Source of the DNA: Octopus sinensis
Taxonomy: Eukaryota
Length of the DNA: 55,102 nt
Reading direction: 5' to 3'
Assembly (NCBI RefSeq): GCF_006345805.1
Contig: NW_021833778.1
Span: 1 to 55,102, forward strand
Below are positions 14,221-26,931 of the stretch, in pieces; positions within the stretch are counted from its first letter, which is position 1; each line of letters begins with the position of its first letter. The position numbers were made by a program, and so were the translations under genes. Below the pieces are notes generated by a model. The model made no database searches, was not told the origin of the DNA, and was given only the letters and a program-made list of their open reading frames with translations.

Positions 14221-14620
14221 GTGACTGTGTGGTAAGAAGTTTGCTTCCCAACCACATGGTTTCAGGTTCTGTCCCACTGCGTGGCACTTTGGGTATAGAC
14301 TCAGGCCAACCAAAGTCTTGTGAGTGGATTTGGTAGACGGAAACTGAAAAAAAGCTCATCGTGTGTGTGCATGTGTATATGTCTATGAGTGTCTTTGTTT
14401 ATCCCCCACCCCCACCATCACCACTTGACAACCAGTGCTGGTGTATTTATGTCCCCATAACATAGCGGTTCGACAATAGAGACCAATAAAATAAGTAATA
14501 GGCTTAAAATCTAAGTCTTGGGGTCGTGGCATGTATTTTATGGGTCACTTTTGCCGAACTGCAAAGTTACAGGGATGCAAACACACCAACACCGGTTGTC
14601 AAGTGGTGGTGGTGGGGGAC
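14221..14620 (+). mobile_element. tRNA-derived SINE, family B (diverged)
   Basis: GTGACTGTGTGGTAAGAAGTTTGCTTCCCAACCACATGG head and the family B body. Confidence 0.8.
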
Positions 14621-15864
14621 AAAAACAGACACAAATAAATATTGATCAGGCATGTTTGATAAAAGCAATTGTTATGAAGTCGAAGATACTGCAGTGCTCT
14701 AATTGAAAAGAAAAAATACATCAGTTTATGTGAAGGCAATTTTAAAAGCCGTTATGCATCCACCAGTCTTCTTTCTGGCACACTGATAAAAATAAAGCCA
14801 TTATGTTGGTTGGCTATGTATGGGATCTGAAGATCAACTGCATACTACATACAATCAAGTGAAGAATCATGAGAAATCTATGCCATGTATAAATAGAACA
14901 GTGAAGTGCAAGTTATGCGAAGCTAAAAGATTACACATTTTTTTAGGTCCAAGAATTCCATTACACTACTTAATTCCAGATCAGAAAGTTTTAGCAAATG
15001 CAATCACATAGACAAGTTTCTTTTGTCAAACTGAAGGACACCACCCACACTGGACTGAGTAGCTATCTCACAGACTTTTCTTACCTTTCTATTATATTGT
15101 TCTATACCAACTACATTAATTATAATTTCTACAAAGAGGATGCAGATCTTGGTTTTTTTTTTCTTCTTATTCCACTTTTTACATCAACCTTTACATTTTT
15201 TTTTCTTGTTATTTCTCATGCTTTCTACAAGACCAGCATCCTGGTTTTTAAATCTGCCAATTTATTGTATCTCTAAAGCATGAAACTATCAGTAGGGTTT
15301 TTGTAAATTGTGTATATTAAATTATATGCACACACACACACACGTCAAGTTACAACTTGGCTGAGGGAAATATCTCAAGAGAGTGTTCTGCTACATAAAC
15401 ACACAGGGTAGGGCATCACTTATGCTAAATGAAATTACACAGGCAATTGGGAAAAAATGCTCATTCTTGGGTGTTGAAAATCTAAAACACAACAGTTAAT
15501 GAGATAATTTTAATAAAACCAGCAAATTGATTTTTTTCAGAAGCGAAAGATGATGCATACAGGAGTAGATCTTGTATTTTAGACTAACAAAAAAACATTT
15601 CAGTTTTATTAAAACTGCCTCAGCAAAGGATATTCACCCCAGTCACTCAGTGACCAAGGAATGAATATATGTGTGTGTATGCATACATATATATATATGC
15701 TTTATTTTTTTAACTTAATGAGCAGAATATTTTTATGTATTTTACACATGACCCTCCAATTTTAATTTTTACTTACATAATCAAGAGATAATTATAATTC
15801 AATCTTTATAAAAACAGACTCCTAGATTTCAAGCCAGATTGATAAGTGCATTGCACGAAACTAT

Positions 15865-17110
15865 CAGCTTGCACTGTTGGTCAAGTCCTCTTTGACACTG
15901 TGAATCACCAGTTAATGCAGTCTTTTATCTCCTCTGTGAGATGCAACACCTTGAGATCAGTCTTCACCACTTCCTCCCAAGTCTTTCTTGCTCTCCTTCC
16001 TCCACAAGTTCCATTCACTTTGGGTATGCAGTAACTCTTTATACAGCTGTCACCCTCCATATGCATCACATGCCCATACCAGTGCATTTCTCTCTTGCAC
16101 ACTACACCTAATTCCTCTTGCAGCTCATAAACACTCCATAATTCACGTGCATGAACATATCTACTGAAGCATACAAGCTTCACTTCTTTCTAATCTCTGT
16201 AAATCTTGTATTCATGACCTAAGTCTCACTATCATTTAGCACTGCACTTTGCATGCACACACATTGCACCATCTATTCTTCCTGGCAGTGAAGAGCATTT
16301 CTTTGGGGAGAAGCTCTTCATTGCCAACCACTTCCTCAACTTTTTCCAGCTTGTTCTTATTCTGGCTACTATGCTCTTTAAACTCTTACTTTCACTGCTT
16401 ATTAAATCATTTAGGAAACAGACTCTATCGACACATCCATTCCTCAAGGACTCTTAGTACCTATTGTTCCAGGCACCTGCTGCATGTGAAATATATCTTC
16501 CCTGTTAACCTAACTGTGGCCCCCACTTCTGTTTGTTGTTTACATAGAGTGTGCCAAATGGAAATGTAACCAGTTCTTGTTCCTTGAATAAAATTCAATC
16601 TTTTTCGTGTTAGCAAGGTTCTATCATCTATCCTACTTATTCTAAGTTTTGCTACCACTTCAGGAATTTCCTCTCAGAGTCTTTGAGTCCAATGTAAGAA
16701 CTAGGCCATCAGTTATAGCTTGGAATATATGATGAATAGGAAAGGGCTGAAGATAGATCTCTGATGGATCCCTACATGAACACTAAATTTGTTGCTGAAC
16801 TCTTGCCTTATTGATTGCACCTCCGTACATGGTTTAAAGAGCTCAACAAGCATTCAGCTAAACATAACTTCATCAATGTCTAGCAGATCACGTGGCAAGG
16901 AAATCTATCAAAAGTCTTTTCTGGCTTGACAAATGCCAGGTACAGGGGCTTATTTTTGACTAGATACTTCTCCTGCAGTTGCCTCACAAAGAAGAGGGTA
17001 CCACTCATACTTTTCTCAGGCACAAAATGGAATGGCATTAAATATAGGCTAATTCTTATGCGAATTAGCTGAGCTATAACTCTTCTTGCAACTTTCATAA
17101 CTTGGCACAT
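15865..17110 (-). mobile_element. Decayed RTE-clade LINE (RT, Cys-rich insert, C-terminus)
   Basis: Fragments TLFFVRQLQEKYLVKNKPLYLAFVKPEKTFDR (RT), RLTGKIYFTCSRC (Cys-rich insert), ARIRTSWKKLR and WYGHVM; same family as 48313-49610. Confidence 0.75.
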
Positions 17111-17435
17111 TAGTTTGATATCTCTGTAACTATCTTTCTCTAAAGCATCACTCCAGCCATTAAGGCATGATATCTTCTGAATTATCTAATTGACTATGTG
17201 GGTAACTAGCACATGTCCTACTCTGCCAGACATTTTAAGCATATATATATTGCAAACAGCTTGCAGATGCAAGTGCTAACAGTTGAAAGTTATATTTGGC
17301 ATGAACTAGGTTTCCTGTCATAAGGTAAGGTAGTGGAGAGAAAATATAAAGGTGGGGGGAAACGAAAAGGAAAGGAAGAAAGACTGGGTAAGAAGGGGAA
17401 ATGACAGGAGTGTTTTGATGGGGTGGAGGAATTGA

Positions 17436-18158
17436 GGATTGAGTCGATTATATCGCCCCCAGTGCGAAACTGGTACTTTATTTATCGACCGCGAAAGGAT
17501 GAAAGGCAAAGTTGACCTCGGCGGAATTTGAACTCAGAACGTAACGACAGACGAAATACCGCTAAGCATTTCGCCCGGCGCACTAACGTGTCTGCCAGGG
17601 AGAATTTTTCCAGCCATAACTTGCCAGTAGACTGTGCACTCACAGGTGAAACACAGAGCAGTAAACAACTGACTTGGCGAAATAAAATATAATTACTAGA
17701 TGCTAGCAAGCTTATTGGCTCATCAGGAGAGAATACTGGCCATTTCAAGGCCTTGCTCTCGATGGCATTTATATATTTCATCTATTAAATTTTTCAATTG
17801 CATTCTTTGACCATTCTAATTCCCACCCACCCTACTTCATTCCTCCACCCCATCAAAACACTCCTGTCATTTCCCCTTCTTACCCAGTCTTTCTTCCTTT
17901 CCTTTTCGTTTCCCCCCACCTTTATATTTTCTCTCCACTACCTTACCTTATGACAGGAAACCTAAACATAGAGGGGACAAACAAGAACAGACGAAGGGAT
18001 TGAGTCGATTATATCGCCCCCAGTGCGAAACTGGTACTTTATTTATCGACCGCGAAAGGATGAAAGGCAAAGTTGACCTCGGCGGAATTTGAACTCAGAA
18101 CGTAACGACAGACGAAATACCGCTAAGCATTTCGCCCGGCGCACTAACGTGTCTGCCA
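17436..18158 (-). mobile_element. Two family A SINE copies (17436-17597, 17965-18158) within a local duplication
   Basis: Identical GAAAGGATGAAAGGCAAAGTTGACCTCGGCGGAATTTGAACTCAG cores; part of the 259-bp duplicated block. Confidence 0.8.
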
Positions 18159-19460
18159 GGGAGAATTTTTCCAGCCATAACTTGCCAGTAGACTGTGCAC
18201 TCACAGGTGAAACACAGAGCAGTAAACAACTGACTTGGCGAAATAAAATATAATTTTACTTCCTGACCACATGCTTCCAGGTTCAATCCCAGTGCATGAC
18301 ATCTTGGGTAGATGCCTTCAGGCGTGCACTCGAGGTGACTAATACTGTAAATAGAATATGGTAAATGGAAACTATGTTAGTATTTGATTGGTGTATTGAG
18401 TTGCGTCCCTTTACGTCAGAATCTGGAATCTGTGAGAAATGTAAAAGAACATGTTCATGCCAAATATATGAGCTAATGAGGAAAGGGCAGCTTTTGATAA
18501 ACTTAGACATTTTTGTGTGAATGTGTTAGCTACATCATCTTTGATATTTATCAAACATCAAGTCTAAGCTAAAACTGAACAACAAACACTTGATAAATTA
18601 TATAAAAAGTTGTACAATATTATATGTACTAGATAATATAAACCATTAAACAAGCCATTAGCAGCCAAATTTTACTCTGCTACCTTGAAACCCAATCAAA
18701 TTATGTAGTCCTAAGTGCATTACATCCAACTACCTTCTTACTTACCTACCTATCTATCTCCCTAACTACTTCCTATTGCTTTATCTCTCTCATAAATAAG
18801 AACATATCTACTGGATCAAAGCTGATATGGGGATTTTCATGAGCAATAACCACAACGAAGACCTCTGTGGGCACTCAAATTGCTAAATACCTAGACTGAA
18901 TGAAGCTAAATAACGTTATTTCTTTTAAAATTTCACTAAGTGTGACATAAGCAGTATTAGTTTAAAATAACAGTTTGTGTATTATACTTAAAACATATAC
19001 ATTGCTGAAAGCCTATTTAACTATGGTAGATAGCATCTCTGACATATAATGTTAAAAAAACAAATTTATCAGTGGAAGATGAAAATCGTCCAGTAGTGGT
19101 GGTAGCATTGCTAAATGCATGTTTCTGCCCCTGAGTGCACTGTCCCTTCTGGGCAATTTTCATTTGCTACTGATATATTTCAGTGTTTTTTAACACTCTA
19201 CGTCTATAAGAGATACAACCTTGAGATGAATACGGTAGTTAATTAGGCTTTCGGAGATGTTTCTGCTTTAAATACGATACATAAATTACTATTTTTAACT
19301 AATACTGCTTCTAATACTAATAAAGTTTCATTCAGCCTATCAGCTAATTGTGACATCACTGTTTTACTATATCAGTAATTTCCAATTTTGTCTCAGCATG
19401 TGGTTGCCAAAGGATACTTGCTGCTGTCAGAGTCCAGAGACAGAAATCTGTATTTAGCAA

Positions 19461-19493
<33 letters not shown>

Positions 19494-19810
19494 GCAGTTA
19501 CCATTTGCTACTGATATGTTTTTGTGTATTTTTTTTAAACATTGCATGTTTATAAAAGATGCAATCTCAAGACAAATACTATAGTAAATGAGGCTTTCAA
19601 AGATGTACCTGGTTTAAGTATGATACCCAGACAGCTATTATCTCTCTTGTTTACAGATACAACAACGACATGTTCTCTCATGCTGGCATTATAATCCAAA
19701 ACATGCACACATACCACAGGAAAAATAATATTTTGCATTTTCCATATACATTAGATTATTTAAATTTTTTTTAATATTTAATATGTTAATATAATATAAT
19801 ATAATTTAGT

Positions 19811-20114
19811 TCATTCTTCCTTCAGTGGGATATCATTTCTGTGTATGAGGTATTGTAAGACATTGTACACTCCTCGAAGCATCCTGTAGAACCAAAGAAA
19901 GTTGATGACATCGAGCACAAAGCATGTACCGATTAAGACATACTGCATATGACCAAGGCGTGTGAATGGTTCTGTGTTGTACACCTCGTATACTTTATAC
20001 CAATAATACGGCATGCAGGCAAGACGAGTGATGAAAAACATAAGTGTCATAATGACTCCATTGATTATGAATGGTTTGCTGTCCTTTTTGTAATCAAGTG
20101 TGCTCAGGAACCAT
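19811..20114 (-). CDS. TLCD4: TLCD4/TMEM56-like last coding exon
   Basis: ctcttttgttcattccAG|A TGG TTC completes the split AG|A (Arg) codon from the previous exon. Encodes WFLSTLDYKKDSKPFIINGVIMTLMFFITRLACMPYY...TEPFTRLG...VLDVINFLWFYRMLRG...KEE, stop TGA at 19811-19813. Confidence 0.9.
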
Positions 20115-20992
20115 CTGGAATGAACAAAAGAGAGAAAAAACAGCATTCAGTAATGACAGCAGCTGAGAGGAGGAGGAATGGCAGAGGAGAGTGTGAAGGA
20201 ATGAGATAGCGCAGTAACAAGCTGTGGGATAAGGAAGAGGATATGAAATATACTGGATTCAAATTTTGGCACAAGGCCAGCAAGTTCAGTGAAGGGAGTA
20301 AGTCGATTGCATCAACTTCAGTGCTCAGCTGGGATTTATTTTATCGACAACAGAAGGATGAATGGCAAAGCTGACCTCAGTGGAATTTGAACTCAAAACC
20401 GTAGCTGAGTAAAGAGGTTCTGTTAATCGTGAGCTAGCAAATGGGTTTGTATGAATCGGGAGACAATACTAAACGAAAAATTGAAAAATCAGAGTGGCTA
20501 TGAACCTGGAGACAAGTCTAAACGAAAAAAAAAAAAAAATGTTTGAGCTAGACAGGGTAATGAGGGAATACTGAAAGAATGAGGGACAATACAATGAGAT
20601 GGAAATTGAAGAATAGAGAAAGAATAAGGATAAGTGCAAGAAAGAAGGTAGTCGTAGCGAGGTTGGACGATTCACTTAACTTTTAGCCATTCATGATCTG
20701 TGCGTATTCTTTAGATATTTTGAAGCGAGTGGGGTTAACGATAAATGCGATCGCTCTTTTATGTATGGCGATGATGGTTTTGGGGAGGGGGGGCATAGAG
20801 GACCATGGCGATGATGGTTATGGGAAGGGGGGACATAGCGAGAGAGAGATAGGGTTAGTTAGAGAGAGAGGTCAAGGGACACGTGACATGCACATATATA
20901 GACATATACATGCACTTATACATATATACATACAGACACATGTATACACATCCACATTTGTTGAGGTGGATTTTCTACAGCTAGATGTCCTT

Positions 20993-21230
20993 ATTTCTTT
21001 ATTTTTTTATTGCCCACAAGGGACTAAACATAGAGGGCACAAACAAGGAGAGACAAACGGATTAAGTCGATTATATCGACCCCAGTGCATAACTGGTACT
21101 TAATTTATCGACCCCAAAAGGATGAAAGGCAAAGTCAACCTCATCGGAATTTGAATTCAGAACGCAGTGGCGGACGAAATACCGCAAAGCATTTCGCCCG
21201 ACATGCTAACGTTTCTGCCAGCTCACCACC
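20993..21230 (-). mobile_element. Family A SINE, full-length with 3' tail
   Basis: Tail reads TTGTGCCCTCTATGTTTAGTCCCTTGTGGGCAATAA on the minus strand. Confidence 0.85.
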
Positions 21231-21271
21231 TAATCGCTAAATGTCCATCACAAGATGTCCTTGTTGCCAAT

Positions 21272-21673
21272 TACATATATACAGTCTTTGGTAACAAGGA
21301 CATGTTAAGGACATAAAAAAGTTTAACAAGTTCCTTAAAATATTGGGCACAAAAGATTACAACATAAATAATCATTCTCAAGAACATGTTGAAGATAGTT
21401 TCCAGAAGGAATTATTAAAAAGTTCAGTGGGATATTGGTATTGTACCTGTATATTCAAACACGCACAGAATATTGGTTGACACAGAGTACTCCAATACAT
21501 ATATATACATTCTTTGGTGACAAGAGCATGTTGAGAATATAAAAAAAGTTTAACAAGTTCATTGAAATATTGGGCACAAAAGATTACAACAAATATATTA
21601 TACATTCTCATATAATTTCCAGAAGGAATTATTAAAAAGTTCAGTGGAATATTGGTATACACGCACAGAATAT
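21272..21673. repeat. Diverged tandem duplication, about 220-bp unit, two copies
   Basis: Shared blocks aaaaaagtttaacaagttc..aaatattgggcacaaaagattacaaca and tttccagaaggaattattaaaaagttcagtgg in both units. Confidence 0.8.
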
Positions 21674-22749
21674 TATGAGTTCAAAAGGGTTTACATTATA
21701 ATAGTAGGGAAGCTAAAATTGACCTGTCCACCATGTTAACATAAATTTTTTTTATCTATTTCAAGGGACACTGTAGGTGTGTTTGGGTGGGGGGGGGAAG
21801 GAGGAGTAATGTGGAACTGAAAAGAATTTCTCCTTTTTGTCTCTCCTTCATATATATATATATATACATACATATATGTATGTATCGTGTATACTTGTGT
21901 AAAAGTCAAATTTTTTAGACCCTCTTTTAAGATCAAATTTATGGGGTCGACTATTACATGGATACTACTGTTGAGGGGCTGAAATTCGAGCTAGAACCTG
22001 AGGTACCATATCAGCAGTAGAAGCCCAGCTGATCTCTAAGTGAATAAAAAGAAAAAACACAATGAATCACAGGAACATTACCAATTCTATGGATCAAAAT
22101 ACACGTCCTAGTAAATAACAAAACCCATAAACAAGACAGCATAGCTATTACAAATATTTACACTTTCTCTTATATTTGTATCCATCAAGCTTTACAATTA
22201 GAAAAGTGAAATCAATTTATATCTCATAATTATGTTATATTACCACTGGTAACATATCTACCCAGTACCAGCATGCCACTACCTACCACAGTATGGTGCA
22301 TACAGCTGGTACCTACTTGGCATGTTTCACATAACTCTTCAATAACATTGCCTTATTTTCAAATTCATGGTTAAAGTCATACTCATCACAAGTGGTGCCT
22401 TTTTATTTCTAATTAATTAAATGCAACTTAATGTTTTAAATACCAAAATTGATAAAAGATGCAGCAGTACAACACCACTTTCCACCACCAACAGTCTCCA
22501 CCAAAACTGTTTTCTTCTTTGTAAGCTGGTTAGAGGTTACCGTACCAATTTGCATTTTTTTTTTTTAAATATAAATTCAGTGAAACTTAAGCCCCAAAAT
22601 ATAAAACAAATATCTAAATAATTAATAATGTCAATAAAAACCAATAAATTAACAAATTTTTATTTAAGCAAACAAAAAGTGAAGTAGAAATTTATGGTAA
22701 TACAGCTTTAAATTACAATTACGGTACAAGAAACATCTTAAACATTTTA

Positions 22750-23788
22750 CACACAAAAGTTCATTAAAATCTTTAAAAAATCACTTTGTTCATCTTCAGC
22801 ATTGAAGACAAAACTGAAGGATGAATGATATCAATGTAAGGATTTCCTTCGTCTTTATCTTCACTGTCTGTAGTTAGAGGTAGCACATTATCCTCTTCTT
22901 CATCATCCATGTCATCCCATAGACAATCACCTTCTGTACCATCCAATGCACACACAATACTTATAAGGTAAATAGTGTGGCATGTTCTGTGTATAATGAA
23001 AAAGCAGGGATCCCTAAAGTGTGTTCTGCAAAATCCAAGGGTTCTCTGAAAGCTATCAGGTGTTCCATGTTTTTAAAAATAATGTCGAAGGATTCAACAG
23101 CAAAAAATATTTGAGAACCACTGATCTAGCGATTAAATGTTTTTAGGCTTACCAGGGTCATGTCTCTGGATGAATTCAAACAGTAGTGTTTGCTGTTGAT
23201 TGCCAATAGTGCTGTCTGTGAAACACGTTTCTCATCATATAAACAGATGAGCATGTGTTTATTGTATTTGGAGATGAGGAAAATATAAAGGTTGCATAGG
23301 AACCACTGAGCTAGTGGTTAATTGAACGTTTTTAGGCTTACCAAAGTCATGCCTTTGTACAAATTCAGACAGTGCTGTTTGCCGACAGTGGTGTCTGTGA
23401 AACACGTTTCTCACCAGGTAAACAACAAGTGTATGATGCATGTGTTTAGTGTGCTTCAAGATGTATGCATGTTTGCAGCATATCCTGGGCACACATTTTA
23501 GTAATGGTGATGTAGCACCCATCAACAAATGTGTAGTGCTTGCTATTAAATGGTGTTTTACTATAAGCACCAAGCATTCCACCAAGAGAGCAGGCTACAG
23601 TAAAGTAACAGTGTTATTTCTACATACAGGATAACACAATACCTTGACCCACAAATGTTGTCCTGTTGTTCATGAAATACTAGGGTCATCTTTTATACGG
23701 GGTCTACAGAAAATTCCCAATATTTTGGCCCAAAATAGGGGCTTGACTTCTACATGAGATCAACTATTAATCAAGTGTATATGGTATG
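22750..23788 (-). mobile_element. pogo/Tc2-like DNA transposon relic
   Basis: C-terminal CALDGTEGDCLWDDMDDEEE peptide (22773-22955). TIR-like end TACCATATACACTTGATTAATAGTTGA on the minus strand at 23788, next to TA repeats. Confidence 0.5.
23005..23123. mobile_element. Possible hAT (Charlie-like) MITE remnant
   Basis: cagggatccctaaagtgtg ... tttgagaaccactg termini resemble MER5/MER20-type ends; no TSD seen. Confidence 0.4.
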
Positions 23789-23790
23789 TA

Positions 23791-23844
<54 letters not shown>

Positions 23845-23927
23845 GGTCCCGGGTTGATTCGGGGTTAACCACAGTAAATAAGGTACTCAATACATAGCAG
23901 AGTAAAATTAATTTATTATATAGAAGG

Positions 23928-23978
23928 AGCTTCTACAGGACTAGAACTGTTTCATTCAAGAGAAATCTTCAGGAAGCT
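23928..23978 (-). ncRNA. Type I hammerhead ribozyme motif in a Penelope-like tail
   Basis: AGCUUC-CUGAAGA-uUUC(UCUU)GAAu-GAA-ACAG(uucuaguc)CUGU-A-GAAGCU: stem I 6 bp, stem III 4 bp, GUA cleavage triplet; stem II has a U-U closing mismatch. Confidence 0.7.
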
Positions 23979-24202
23979 AGTTAACAAGAATTGTATTGGC
24001 ATTTATACATTTAGGCAGGTTTAGGGTGGTGGTGGTGGACTTTTTGGGGGTAGGCATAGCGCAAAATATCATACTTGGGGGAGTGGTCAAGGAGTCAGTG
24101 GTAAATTAGATAAAAGAATAAATAAAAGAATAAAAAAATATATGAAAGAATAGAGTTTTAGGTAAATAAGGAGATTCTCACTTATACCTATACACATATG
24201 TA

Positions 24203-24234
<32 letters not shown>

Positions 24235-24253
24235 TATACATACACACATACAT

Positions 24254-24284
<31 letters not shown>

Positions 24285-24329
24285 CACATACATACATATA
24301 TCTACACACATATATACATATATATATAT

Positions 24330-24372
<43 letters not shown>

Positions 24373-24950
24373 ATATACACACATACATACATGCATACAC
24401 ATATACACACACACATGTATATATACACACACGACCACACATACATATACACACATAAAAATATATACATACACACGCATACACATACACGCATACACAC
24501 ACATATATATCCACATACACACATGCACACACAACACACAAGGCCCTATATACACATATATACACATATACATATATGTATATATATATGTATATACACA
24601 TATATGTATATATATGTATATGTGGGTATGTGTATATATGTGTATATTGATTAATAGTTGATCTCATGTAGAAGTCAAGCCCCTATTTTGGGCCAAAATA
24701 TTGGGAATTTTCTGTAGACCCCGTATAAAAGATGACCCTAGTATTTCATGATATGTGTATATGTGGGTATGTGTATATATGTGTATATAGGGACTTGTGT
24801 GTTGTGTGTGCATGTGTGTATGTGGATATATGTGTGTGTATGCGTGTATGTGTATGCGTGTGTATGTATATATTTTTATGTGTGTATATGTATGTGTGGT
24901 CGTGTGTGTATATATACATGTGTGTGTGTATATGTGTATGCATGTATGTA

Positions 24951-25000
<50 letters not shown>

Positions 25001-25354
25001 ATATGGATATATATATATATATGTATATATGTGTGTAGATATATGTATGTATGTGTATGTGTATATATATATATGTGTGTGTGTGTATGTATGTGTGTAT
25101 GTATATGTGTGTGTGTGTATATATGTATACATATGTGTATAGGTATAAGTGAGAATCTCCTTATTTACCTAAAACTCTATTCTTTCATATATTTTTTTAT
25201 TCTTTTATTTATTCTTTTATCTAATTTACCACTGACTCCTTGACCACTCCCCCAAGTATGATATTTTGCGCTATGCCTACCCCCAAAAAGTCCCCCACCA
25301 CCACCCCTTTAAACCTGCCTAAATGTATAAATGCCAATACAATTCTTGTTAACT

Positions 25355-25405
25355 AGTTTCCTGAAGATTTCTCTTGAATGAAACAGTTCTAGTCCTGTAG
25401 AAGCT
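25355..25405 (+). ncRNA. Type I hammerhead ribozyme motif (inverted copy of 23928-23978)
   Basis: AGUUUC-CUGAAGA...GAAACAG...CUGUA-GAAGCU; the C>U change in stem I keeps pairing as a G-U wobble. Confidence 0.68.
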
Positions 25406-25419
25406 CCTTCTATATAATA

Positions 25420-25460
<41 letters not shown>

Positions 25461-25483
25461 ATATATATATATATATATATGTG

Positions 25484-25528
<45 letters not shown>

Positions 25529-25613
25529 ATATTATATATATATATATGTGTGTGTATATATATATATATGTGTATATTATATATATGTGTGTGTATATAC
25601 ATATATATATATA

Positions 25614-25648
<35 letters not shown>

Positions 25649-25718
25649 GCATATATATATGTGTGGTGTGTGTGTGTGTGGTATATATATATATATATTA
25701 TATTTATATATATATATA

Positions 25719-26070
25719 CTGGCATTGCCGGGTCGAGTGCTAGTGTTTGTTGTTTGTTGCTGGGTCGGTATAAAAATTTCTCACTAAATCAAGAGCTAAG
25801 TTTCTTATCACATTTCAGCCTGGGCCAGTTTTGTTGTTTACGAGCTAGTTGGAGCTTTTTATGAGAGTAATTAATATTCATTGGACTTCGACAACGCCCA
25901 TATGCCCATAACTTATGGGCATAAGGGGTCAGTTTATCGATTTTTTAAATGGCTTTCTGGGGTGACTGGAGAAATGAAAAGGTCTTCACGAACACCCTCA
26001 AGACAGTTTTGAAAGCCCATAGAAAATGTGAGCCTTTTACATGTGGGGCTTCATACGATTATACCAAAAA
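25719..26070 (-). mobile_element. Non-autonomous Helitron-like element, truncated
   Basis: GGCATTGCCGGGTCGAGTGCTAGT terminus and gattttttaaatggctttctggggtgactggagaaatg block homologous to the 53429-53776 copy. Confidence 0.6.
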
Positions 26071-26931
26071 AAAAAAAAAAAGTGTGATTTAATGCCTGCT
26101 ATTTTTAGCACATATGACAATCATCTCAATGACTGTGACAAAAATATTTGACCAATAAACAAGTCCACTTGTTTAATACAATGGCACATCTCGTGTGAGT
26201 AGTGAAATTGATAAAAGTCATCCTTATTCCAGGCATGCCTAGATATAAGTAAATGCAGGCTTAATTTCTAAAAATTATTTTAGAATGTTCACACTGCCCA
26301 CCATTTTCTAGAAATTCACCCATCGCCCACCTGTAAGTTGAAATTGTCCACCGGTGGGCAATATCGCCCACTTTAGGAAGCTATGTTCTAGACCATTAGC
26401 ATTTATAGAATTAAAGATGTACATCTATTAGACAATATAAGAACTAATTTGAGAAAGAAAAGAAAAACAGGCCCTTAGATGAGATTTGAAACGTGTATCC
26501 ATTGTTTGCTGGGTGACTGTGTTACAAATTACACTGCAGGGTGCCTGCTAATGCTTATATCTCTAATTAGTTAATTGAATTTATTTTTAATTATTTATGT
26601 TACTATTTTATAATGATATGATAATTAGTCAGTTAGTTAACACAACAAGACAAGATAAAGTCCATATGTCTCTGTGTGTATGAGTGCATATGTACGTAAA
26701 TATGTATGTGTGTGTGTGTGTGCATGCATGTATACAGACACACATATATACAAACACACACACTCTTGTATATATATATATATATCTATACAAACAAGAG
26801 ATAAATATACTGAAGTCAGTAAATGGCTTGTTATTGTTCTTAAACTTGCTTTAAATAGTAACCTTAATTTAAGATTTACAAACAAACATACTTACATTTG
26901 TGTGTGTGCGTGCGTGTGCATATATATATGT

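Larger units (their letters stand above)
23789..25720. repeat. Compound (TA)n/(CA)n/(TG)n microsatellite field
   Basis: Directly visible; source of the many Y/I/V/C-rich spurious ORFs. Confidence 0.95.

Noticed and set aside
19461-19489. Poly-alanine coding tract (ORF 19356-19547)
   Set aside because: A (GCT)n microsatellite downstream of the TLCD4 stop, probably in the 3' UTR, with no coding support.
24087-25864. Numerous 65-150 aa ORFs rich in Y/I/V/C/H/T
   Set aside because: Translations of (TA)n/(CA)n microsatellites; the same applies to similar ORFs at 2474, 27190-28543, 43578 and 54142.
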